DNA from: Bryobacter sp. CoA8 C33
GTDB taxonomy: Bacteria; Acidobacteriota; Terriglobia; Bryobacterales; Bryobacteraceae
Length of the DNA stretch: 64,000 nt
Reading direction: 5' to 3'
NCBI GenBank assembly: GCA_019931185.1
Contig: JAINDK010000038.1
Coordinates: 62,391 to 126,390 of the forward strand
Shown here one piece after another: positions 17,809 through 26,051 of this stretch (the first letter of the stretch is position 1; each line of letters starts with the position of its first letter). Made by a program: the position numbers and the translations under genes. The notes below the pieces were generated by a model, which was given only the letters and a program-made list of their open reading frames with translations, ran no database searches and was not told the DNA's origin.

Positions 17809-19239
17809 CTAGCGGATGAAAACCATAAAGCTGGCCTGTGCCGCGGATTGAGCTCCCAGAGCGGTGTTGCGAACATTGACCCGATAGGTGCCCGCGCCGC
17901 GTGGAACAAAGGAAGTGCTCGCCGAAGTCGCGGTGATGTTCTGCACGGCCGCGCCGGCGAGGATACAGCCGGTGGAGGGGCAGCCTTGGCCGCGCACGAC
18001 GAACTGCAGGAACTCAGCAAAGTTTGTACCGCTTGCCGACATGCGAATGGTGCTGTTGGTCACGAGATTGCCGGAAACCGTGATACCGGTCAGAGTGGGA
18101 ACCGGGGGAGTGGAGCCAGGGTTTGCCGCCGGCGGCGGCGCACTGGGCGGCGCCGAGGGCGGGGGGGGCGGCGGTGGAGCTACCGTGCCGTAGATGGTCT
18201 GCAACCCTGTCGTGTCCCCAATTTCGAGCGTGCGGCGGGAGGTGTCGCCGGCGGCCACTGAGAACCACATGGTGTGCTGGTTACAAATGGATGGTGATGG
18301 GTGATTGAGGCCGGCGATGTGGCCGAGTTCATGAAGGAGCACGCCCTCGGTATCAAAAACTCCCGGGGCGCCGGTGGAAGCCCAGGTGTACAGGTTGTTG
18401 AGTGTGATCGTGTAGTCGACCATTGTTTGCGTGGAAGGGATAAACCGGTAGCGGGCCACGGCAAGAGTACTCGGATTGCCCGTTGTGATGCCCCCGCGGC
18501 TGATCAGGTTGGAACTGAAGGCGCTTGATTGAAAACGGACGGAAAGATTCAGGTCGTTGATCGTTTTGACGGCAGCCAGTGCGGCTGTGCTCATGTCGGG
18601 GGGCAGGGCGTTGTCGAGTCTGAATTGCACGCTGGTGGTGCGCCAGCGAGGGCCGGTCAGGACGTAGCAGGCGGTGAGTGGATTTTCCACTTGCGTTGTG
18701 GGATCGGCACCGGCCTTGCGGCTTGTCTTCTCAAATTCCAGCGTGCGTTGCCACTCAGAATCGAGGACCGCATTTCCCTGTTCGGTGAGAATACTACGAA
18801 CGGTCTCGAGAAGTGCACGGCCTTTCAGGCCCACCTCGGGGATGTCCCGCCCATCGAGATCGTATTTGGCGGCCGGAGACAGGGTGCCGGGCGCCCATTC
18901 TTCCAGCAGAAGCAGAACGGGCTCGTTGACTTCAAACCAGGGAGCATTGGAAAAAGCGACGCCTTCCTCACCGACTATGCCGCCGGGGGTGGTGAAGGTG
19001 AGCAGGCCGGGGGTAGCTTCGGACTCCTTGAGCACGCCGGACACCCGCAAGGTTATGTCGGAATAGATTTCCCCATCGGGCGCGTAGTAGGAATGGAGGA
19101 GAGTCACCTCGCCGGCGACAACGGCTTTGGCGCGTTTCAGATCCCGCTTGAGGTCGCTGTCACGCGGAGTCGAGAAACCGGGCAGGCTGAGAAATAGCAG
19201 GGCGAGAAAGGCCCCAGGGAGAGCGAAAAGGCAATTCAT
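17809..19239 (-). CDS. Secreted zinc metalloprotease, matrixin-like (M10), with a Pro-rich linker and a C-terminal beta-rich domain.
   Basis: The product has a signal peptide MNCLFALPGAFLALLFLSL and the zinc-binding motif HELGHIAGLNH (HExxHxxGxxH). A PPPPPPPSAPPSAPPPA linker follows, then a C-terminal domain of about 100 aa. Confidence 0.75.
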   Translation of the reverse strand: MNCLFALPGAFLALLFLSLPGFSTPRDSDLKRDLKRAKAVVAGEVTLLHSYYAPDGEIYSDITLRVSGVLKESEATPGLLTFTTPGGIVGEEGVAFSNAPWFEVNEPVLLLLEEWAPGTLSPAAKYDLDGRDIPEVGLKGRALLETVRSILTEQGNAVLDSEWQRTLEFEKTSRKAGADPTTQVENPLTACYVLTGPRWRTTSVQFRLDNALPPDMSTAALAAVKTINDLNLSVRFQSSAFSSNLISRGGITTGNPSTLAVARYRFIPSTQTMVDYTITLNNLYTWASTGAPGVFDTEGVLLHELGHIAGLNHPSPSICNQHTMWFSVAAGDTSRRTLEIGDTTGLQTIYGTVAPPPPPPPSAPPSAPPPAANPGSTPPVPTLTGITVSGNLVTNSTIRMSASGTNFAEFLQFVVRGQGCPSTGCILAGAAVQNITATSASTSFVPRGAGTYRVNVRNTALGAQSAAQASFMVFIR

Positions 19240-19300
19240 ACCGATTGGCTAGCGCATCGGTCCGAGGGAGCGATTCTTTTAAGAAAATGAGTGATTTACC

Positions 19301-22039
19301 TTAGCGTGCCGCACCAGGACCGCGAAGGACCGCGTTCAGGAATAAGAGATTCATGCTATCGATATAGCCACGATAGTTGGGGTCTACGGTGAAGCCGACC
19401 ACGAGGCCACGACCTTCGCGGGCGACGATCACCAAGGGCTTGTAGGCTAACTGTTTGCGATTTTCCTCCCACATGTAGCCGCTCTGGAGAATATCGTTGG
19501 GACCGGAGAAGACGGCGGCGTTGATTCCGCGGTCGATCTTGATGGGGGAATAGATTGCGCGGCCATTGACGAGGGCGTTGACAAAATCCTGAGAGCCGGC
19601 GCCGATCCAGGATTCGGTGTCGACTTTGGCTTTGCAGAGAACGCCGGCGACGTCATCGGGCATTTCGCGGTCTGCCTGAATGGCGCGGAGGTAGTCATCC
19701 TCCTTGGTGAAGATCTTGCCGGGCGCCGGACCGTTATCGGCGTTGGGGGCATTGCTGCTGGGAGGAGCGGCCGTGCCCGTGGCCATGCGGCGGCCACCCG
19801 CCTCTGAGACGGGACCGGAGCCTGTGGAGGCGCCTTCCTTGGCCAGGAGTTCCTGTTGAACGGGCAGAAGACCGACCGGGCCGGATGCCAGGAAGCTGGT
19901 AGCGGAGCCGAGGCCGACGATGACTCCGCCGTTAGCGACCCAGTCTTTGATACGGCTGAGCCCGCGGCCGAGTTCTCCGGCGAGATTGCCCTGAATCTCG
20001 GGCAGGATGAGAACGTGGAACTTGCTGAGGTCGACCATGGGGAGGGAGCGGGTGCGCAGGCGCGTGACGGGATAGCCGTACTGACGCTCGAGCACGAAGG
20101 CGGTAGCGCCGGCGCTGGAACCGGCAACGGGGGTATCCCAGAGGATGGCCACATTAGGCCGTTTAAGCGAGAGGGTGTTGTTCGAGCCGAAGTTCGGACC
20201 CTCATCGACCCAACTAGTGTTGACGGCCATGATGTCGGCGCCAGTTGAGGCAGCGAGATTGGATACGGTGTCGTGGATAGAGCCCGGGTTCTCCTTGACC
20301 TGAAGGATGAGAGTGCCGTTCGGATACTTACGGCCGGCCTGGGTGAAGGCCTTGCCGGCGCTGAGAATGCGGAGGTTGGCGCGGAAGGCCGAGGCCAGGA
20401 AGCGGGATGCGGCCTGGCTGCCCCAGGGAACGAGATAGGCAACCGTGGCCTTGCCGCCTTCGATCTTGCCCGGGGGAAGCTTTCCGGGCAGCACGGGGGC
20501 GCCGGGGACAGTGAGGGCGGACTTGGAGATGATCTGGCGGACGTTGTACTGAACGGGCAGGCTCCAGCCGGTGACGTCATAGATCTCATCGCGCTGTTTT
20601 TTCTTGCGGCGGCGTTCCTGTTCCTTGAGGAATTCCTCTTCCATGCGCGTGTCGGGGTCGAGCAGGGTGCGGATCATGCGCTTCATGGGCTGAGCGGCAC
20701 TGACGAGGTAAGAGCCGGCGGGTGCGGTGGCGCCTTCGACGAGGAAGCTGTCCTTGGCCTGACGGACTTCGATGCCTTGGGAGGCAAGAATGTCGGCGAG
20801 TTTGTCGGCAGCGGCCGTGTCGCCTTCGCGCAGCAGGACATATTCCTTTGACGCTTCGGTCTTGCCTTCTTCGAGGGCGGTCTTGCGGTAGTTCCAGAAG
20901 TTTTCAAGGAGAGCCTTGCGATTGGCCGCGGCCGTCTCGGCCGTTGAGATGGAGGCGACGAAGTGCTTCTGAACGCTTTCGGCAAAGGAGAAGGTGGTGC
21001 CGTCAGACTTTTCCCAGAGCAGGCCCCGCGCACTGGCATTCTCGTAGGTCATGGCAATCGCGCCGTAGTAGATCGGCCAGCTCGCGCCGTAGCCGGGATA
21101 GAACGCATCGAAGACCTCGCGGGTGAAGTAGCGGAATCCGAACTGGTCGAACCACTTCGCATTGTTCTTGCCGAATTGATAAAGCGCCTCGCGCTGATGC
21201 TTGACGATGTGCGGGTTATAGGGAACGGCTTCCGGAGCAAAGTAGTAGGTCGATTCGCCGCCCATTTCGTGCAGGTCGACGAAGACCAGTGGATACCAGT
21301 CGAGCAGCGTCTTGATGCGTCCGCGCGTTTCCGGTTGCGTCATCGCGAACCAATCGCGGTTCATATCGAACAGATAATGGTTCGTGCGCCCCCCGGGCCA
21401 GGGTTCGGCGTGTTCGGCGGCCAGCGGGTAGGCGACCGGTTCGAGGCCTTCGGCGATTTCAAAGTTGTGTACGAAGCGGTCGCGGCCATCCGGATTCTGC
21501 GTCGGGTCGATCATCAGCAACGTGTTAGCCAGGATGGAATCGACTATCTTGTCGTTGCGCGAGGCGAGCACATGATAGGCGGCGGCCATCGCCGCATCCG
21601 GCCCCGAGATTTCATTGCCGTGAACGTTGTAGGCAAGCATTACGCCCGCCGGCAGACTCGAGATCAATTTTTGCGCTTCTGCTTCAGCCGTCTTGCGCGG
21701 ATCGGCCAGTTTCTTCATGCCAGCCTGGAATTCATTGAGCCGTGCAATGTTCGCCTCACTCCCGATCACCGCGATGATCAACTTGCGTCCTTCCCAGGTC
21801 CTGGCGTATTCCATCAGCTTGACGCGTTTTGGTTGGGCGGCTGCAAGAGCCTCGAAATACTTCATGATGTGCGCGTGAGAGGCGATTCGCTCCCCAGCCG
21901 AGTAACCCAGGGTCTTCTCGATGGTCGGTATGGCGGGGTCATACTGCGCCCCGGGCCACATCTCGACGGTGCGCTTTTGCGCGGACAGGGAACAGGCAAG
22001 CGCGAGGCCGGCCACCAGGAGAGAGAAAATTTGCATCAC
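19301..22039 (-). CDS. M14-family zinc carboxypeptidase, large multidomain form.
   Basis: The N-terminal M14 domain shows HGNEISG (zinc-binding H-x-x-E), NRDW, and HEMGGESTYYF (the second zinc-binding His). There is a signal peptide. The start is either GTG at 22039 or ATG at 22036. The product is 912 aa. Confidence 0.8.
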   Translation of the reverse strand: MMQIFSLLVAGLALACSLSAQKRTVEMWPGAQYDPAIPTIEKTLGYSAGERIASHAHIMKYFEALAAAQPKRVKLMEYARTWEGRKLIIAVIGSEANIARLNEFQAGMKKLADPRKTAEAEAQKLISSLPAGVMLAYNVHGNEISGPDAAMAAAYHVLASRNDKIVDSILANTLLMIDPTQNPDGRDRFVHNFEIAEGLEPVAYPLAAEHAEPWPGGRTNHYLFDMNRDWFAMTQPETRGRIKTLLDWYPLVFVDLHEMGGESTYYFAPEAVPYNPHIVKHQREALYQFGKNNAKWFDQFGFRYFTREVFDAFYPGYGASWPIYYGAIAMTYENASARGLLWEKSDGTTFSFAESVQKHFVASISTAETAAANRKALLENFWNYRKTALEEGKTEASKEYVLLREGDTAAADKLADILASQGIEVRQAKDSFLVEGATAPAGSYLVSAAQPMKRMIRTLLDPDTRMEEEFLKEQERRRKKKQRDEIYDVTGWSLPVQYNVRQIISKSALTVPGAPVLPGKLPPGKIEGGKATVAYLVPWGSQAASRFLASAFRANLRILSAGKAFTQAGRKYPNGTLILQVKENPGSIHDTVSNLAASTGADIMAVNTSWVDEGPNFGSNNTLSLKRPNVAILWDTPVAGSSAGATAFVLERQYGYPVTRLRTRSLPMVDLSKFHVLILPEIQGNLAGELGRGLSRIKDWVANGGVIVGLGSATSFLASGPVGLLPVQQELLAKEGASTGSGPVSEAGGRRMATGTAAPPSSNAPNADNGPAPGKIFTKEDDYLRAIQADREMPDDVAGVLCKAKVDTESWIGAGSQDFVNALVNGRAIYSPIKIDRGINAAVFSGPNDILQSGYMWEENRKQLAYKPLVIVAREGRGLVVGFTVDPNYRGYIDSMNLLFLNAVLRGPGAAR

Positions 22040-23008
22040 CTAACAGACTAATAAATCGCGCACGGCCTCGACTACTGAATCCGGATCGTCGAGCATAATC
22101 CAGTGCGTAGTTGCCGGAACCACCCGGAAGTCGCCCCGCCGCGAAAGACGGGCCAGTTTCGCCTGCCGCCCCTGGTGACCGGGCTTGCCATACTCCGCGC
22201 TCAGCACAATCAACGGCTTGTCGCCAAGGTCGGCGCAAATCGCCGCCTGGGCGCAGGAGGCAGGCAACTCCACCAGGTATTCCGCCATTGTCGTAAAGCT
22301 CGACGCCCGCGACCAGTGCGCCCGGATCTGTTGCTGCACCGCGAAAGGAAGTTTACGAATCTGCCCCGTAATGCGGCTCGTGAGCTGAGCGCCGCCGGCC
22401 CCAGCCAGCAGGCTGAGGATTTTCGGGATTTTTTGTTGGCCCCGCTCCAGGCGCCGCAGAGCAAAGCGTACGACCCCAAGATCCGCAAGCAGACTGCCTC
22501 GCCGCGTCAGTTCAACGGCCCGGTTCAGCACGCGCAGCCTCTCCCGGTCGGGCGGAAACCATTCCTCCGGCGGCAGTGCGTCCACCAGTAACACCCCAGA
22601 AACTTCCTCCGGGTACATGGCCGCGTACATCCGCATCATCATGCCGCCGAAGCTATGGCCCACCACATAGCGCGGCACGGGAACCGAGGCGGCCTCCATG
22701 ACGCGCCGCATCTCTTCCACCAGCGCGCGCGCAACCTTCGTTTCCCCGCTCGGCGCGGACCAGCCAAAGCCCGCTCGATCATAGGAATAGAGCGTCGCAA
22801 AGCGCGCCACCTGATCCTCCACCAGCCGCCACGACAGACTCGTGGCCGCAATGCCGGCTTCGAAGATCACCGGCGGGCCGCTCTCGCCCCTCCGGTACAC
22901 GTGCACCGGCCGCCCGTCGAGGTGAACAAAAAAGCCCGGGGCAGGGAACTGAGCGGCGTCTTCGCGAAGGCCTTTGCGCTCATACCGGCGCGCAAGCTCG
23001 AACACCAT
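22040..23008 (-). CDS. Alpha/beta hydrolase.
   Basis: VGHSFGG is the nucleophile elbow. The gene abuts the start of the M14 gene, so the two are probably co-transcribed. Confidence 0.85.
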   Translation of the reverse strand: MVFELARRYERKGLREDAAQFPAPGFFVHLDGRPVHVYRRGESGPPVIFEAGIAATSLSWRLVEDQVARFATLYSYDRAGFGWSAPSGETKVARALVEEMRRVMEAASVPVPRYVVGHSFGGMMMRMYAAMYPEEVSGVLLVDALPPEEWFPPDRERLRVLNRAVELTRRGSLLADLGVVRFALRRLERGQQKIPKILSLLAGAGGAQLTSRITGQIRKLPFAVQQQIRAHWSRASSFTTMAEYLVELPASCAQAAICADLGDKPLIVLSAEYGKPGHQGRQAKLARLSRRGDFRVVPATTHWIMLDDPDSVVEAVRDLLVC

Positions 23009-23028
23009 GTACTCTTAAGTTTACCGTC

Positions 23029-24771
23029 GTGGACTGGGACTTACTCTATCTCGCGATCACCCTCGTAGCGGCTATCCCCGTGCTCCACCGCATCGGCCGC
23101 GAATTGCTTGCCGGTAATTGGGCGACTGACCTGATCGCTGGCGTCTCGATCCTCACCGGTATCGTCACCGGCCAATACCTGGTCGCCCTGATTATCATCC
23201 TCATGCTCACCGGCGGCGGATTGCTCGAAAGCTATGCCGTCCGCCGCGCCAGCAGTGCCCTCAGCGCACTCGCCGAGCGCATGCCCTCAGTGGCCCACCG
23301 CGTCCTCGCCGAGGGCCATGAGGACGTCACACTCGAGGAACTCAAGCCCGGAGACCGCGTGCTCGTCTTTCCCCATGAAGTCGCCCCGGCTGATGGCGTC
23401 GTCGTGAAGGGCCAGGGGTGGATGGACGAAAGCTTTTTGACCGGCGAGCCCTGGGAGGTCAAGAAAGCTCCCGGTGTCGAGGTCATCTCAGGCGCCAAAA
23501 ATGGCGCCAGCCTGCTTGAACTCGAAGTCCGCCGCCGTCCTGCCGATTCCCGCTACGCGCAAATCATGGCCGTCATGGAAGAGAGCGAATTGAAGCGCCC
23601 GCGCATCCGCCGCCTCGCTAATCAGTTGGGGGCCTGGTATTCGCCCGTAGCGCTTGTCATTGCCGCCGCAGCCGGTTGGTGGGCTTATGACTGGCAAAGA
23701 TTTCTCGCCGTCATCGTCGTCGCGACGCCCTGTCCGTTGCTGATTTCGATTCCGGTTGCCTTGATCGGCTCTATCTCGCGGGCCGCCCGGGCTGGCATCG
23801 TCGTTCGCGATCCAGCCATTCTTGAGGAGATGCCACGCGTTAAAACCTTCATCTTCGATAAGACCGGCACTTTGACCCGGGGCAAACCCCAACTTATCGC
23901 AATCGACGCGCGCGGCGATGAGGCCGAGGCCCTGGCCGCCATCGCCAGCCTGGAGCGATACTCGCGCCATCCGCTTGCCGCACCGCTGCTCGAGGCGGCG
24001 GAGAAACGCGGCCTCGCTTTGTGGGACCCCGAGGAGGTTCGCGAGTTGCCCGGCCGGGGCTTGAGCGCGCGCCGCGCCGGCGTAAGCTACGAGGTCGTCG
24101 GACGCAAGCAATATGCGGGTACGTTGCCCGATTTGCCCGCTGGACATCTTGAATGCTTGCTGCTCCGCGATGGGGAGCTTGCCGCTGTATTCCACTTCTT
24201 CGATGCCCCCCGCCCCGATACCCGCCTCTTCCTCGATCACCTGGGCCCGCGCCATGGTGGAACCCGTACCGTTCTTCTCACCGGCGACCAAGAGGGGGCC
24301 GCGCGCGAATTAGCCGCGCAGGTGGGTATCCCCGAAGTGCTGGCCGCCCAGAGCCCCGAGCAGAAGCTGGCCTTCGTGCGCCAAGCCACCGCCGCCGGTC
24401 CGACTCTTTACGTCGGCGATGGCATCAACGACGGACCGGCGCTCACCGCAGCCACCGTAGGCGTGGCCTTCGGCATGGCGACCAACGTGGCGTCGGCCAC
24501 CGCAAGTGCGATCGTCCTGGAGCCAAGCCTCGGCAAGATAGATGAACTGCTGCATTTGGGGATTCGTTTGCGGCGTGTTGCGCTGGAGTCGACCTTGGGG
24601 GGATTGGGACTGAGCGCCGTGGGCATGGTGCTGGCGGCGATGGGTTATCTGCCGCCGCTGTACGGGGCTTTGCTGCAGGAATTGATTGATGTTGCCAGTG
24701 TGCTCAACGCCTTGAGAACTTCCATTGGTGCCGATGGCATCGACTATGAGGGGCTGGGCGGTAAGCACTAA
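23029..24771 (+). CDS. Heavy-metal-translocating P1B-type ATPase with a PCP transmembrane motif (P1B-5-like). It has no N-terminal metal-binding domain and no hemerythrin tail.
   Basis: DKTGTLT is the phosphorylation site. TGEP is in the actuator domain. GDGINDGPAL is in the hinge. The metal-site triad in the helix preceding the P-domain reads VVATPCPLLIS, i.e. PCP rather than CPC, CPH or SPC. The start is GTG at 23029. Confidence 0.85.
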   Translation: MDWDLLYLAITLVAAIPVLHRIGRELLAGNWATDLIAGVSILTGIVTGQYLVALIIILMLTGGGLLESYAVRRASSALSALAERMPSVAHRVLAEGHEDVTLEELKPGDRVLVFPHEVAPADGVVVKGQGWMDESFLTGEPWEVKKAPGVEVISGAKNGASLLELEVRRRPADSRYAQIMAVMEESELKRPRIRRLANQLGAWYSPVALVIAAAAGWWAYDWQRFLAVIVVATPCPLLISIPVALIGSISRAARAGIVVRDPAILEEMPRVKTFIFDKTGTLTRGKPQLIAIDARGDEAEALAAIASLERYSRHPLAAPLLEAAEKRGLALWDPEEVRELPGRGLSARRAGVSYEVVGRKQYAGTLPDLPAGHLECLLLRDGELAAVFHFFDAPRPDTRLFLDHLGPRHGGTRTVLLTGDQEGAARELAAQVGIPEVLAAQSPEQKLAFVRQATAAGPTLYVGDGINDGPALTAATVGVAFGMATNVASATASAIVLEPSLGKIDELLHLGIRLRRVALESTLGGLGLSAVGMVLAAMGYLPPLYGALLQELIDVASVLNALRTSIGADGIDYEGLGGKH

Positions 24772-26051
24772 GTTCCCTCGTCTGGCAGCATGGCGCATTG
24801 CGGTTCGCAGCGAATTGGGCAAGGGGACGACTTTCATCATGCTGATACCAACGAAACGCACACGTGCCTGGAAGGAAGGGCCCAAGGCTCATGAGGGAGT
24901 TCCCCTGGTGCTTGTGATCGACGATGACCCCCGCCGTGAGGGAACTCGTCACGAGATCGGCGGAGAAGGCGGGATTTTGGGCCATTGCGGCCGCGCGGGG
25001 CGAGGACGGCCTTCAGATGGCAAGGGAGTTTCGGCCCGCCGCCATCGTCCTGGATGTGATCATGGCGGGAATGGATGGGTGGGAGGTACTATCGCAGTTG
25101 AAATCGGACCCTGAACTATCGCAGATTTCCGTCGCCTTGCTCAGCATCATCGAGAATCGCCGAATCGTGTTCGCGCTGGGCGCCAACGAGTAATTGGTTA
25201 AGCCCGTGGACAGAACCCAGTTGGTGCGCATTCTCACACGGTTCCGTGGTCCGGCAGGCAGCAACGTGGCCCTGGTTGTCGATGACGAGCAGGCGAATCG
25301 AAACGTTCTCAAGCGAATGCTCGAGTCCCAAGGTTGGACGCTCTGCGAGGCCTCAAGTGGAAGGCAGGCTTTGCGGTTCGTTGATTCGCCGACTGCACCC
25401 CACCTGATCATGCTCGACCTTCTGATGCCCGAGATGGACCGATTTCCAATCATGGAAGAAATCGCGGCCAGACCGTCGGCGTCGGATATTCCTCTCGCCG
25501 TTGTGACTGCAAAAGACTGGACCGCGGAAGACAGGCGGCGGCTGGAACGGACCGTGACACACGTCATCGAGGGCAGCAGTTACTCCGATGAGGACCCACT
25601 CAACTGTATCAGCGGCGAACTTGCGAATTTGGCGCCCGCGCCATTGAACGAGGCACAACGGCCTTGACAAGACTCATACTGGTGCAATAACTCTGGGAGC
25701 AATCGGGACAAGTTGTGCCGGCGACAGATTCGAAAGGGGTACGAAGTGATCATGGCGGTGGATGGAGAGCAGGCCGTGTCCGTAGCGTCGGCCGGAATTT
25801 CCGATCTCATTCTTATGGATATGAGCCTGCAGAAGCTGCATGGTTCGGAAGCGAATCGCATTCTGAGAAGCAACGAGCGAATGCGCGAGCTTCCCATCAT
25901 CGCGCTAACAGCCCATGCCATGGACAGTGATCGGGATGGGGCGATTGCGTGCGGCTGCGATGACTTCAACACAAAACCCATTGATCTGCCGCGCCTGTTA
26001 GAGAAGATAGAGACTCAACTCGCGCGTCGGCGGGGAGTCCAACAGGCATGA
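24772..26051 (+). pseudogene. Decayed 3' relic of a hybrid sensor histidine kinase with three tandem receiver (REC) domains.
   Basis: Only the last ~15 aa of an HATPase domain survive (RIAVRSELGKGTTFIMLIP). REC1 (VLVIDDDP) is split by a +1 frameshift in a C5 run near 24930 (the DDPAVRELV reading continues in the next frame). An in-frame TAA at 25191-25193 replaces the Tyr of the expected ...GANEYLVKP. REC2 (VALVVDDEQANR...IMLDLLMPEMD) has a divergent tail. REC3 (KGYEVIMAVDGEQA...LILMDMSLQ...TKPIDL) lacks its beta1 segment after an apparent ~8-nt deletion near 25690. Confidence 0.6.

Noticed and set aside
20963-22051. 362-aa plus-strand ORF.
   Set aside because: It is antisense to the M14 carboxypeptidase and has no motifs.
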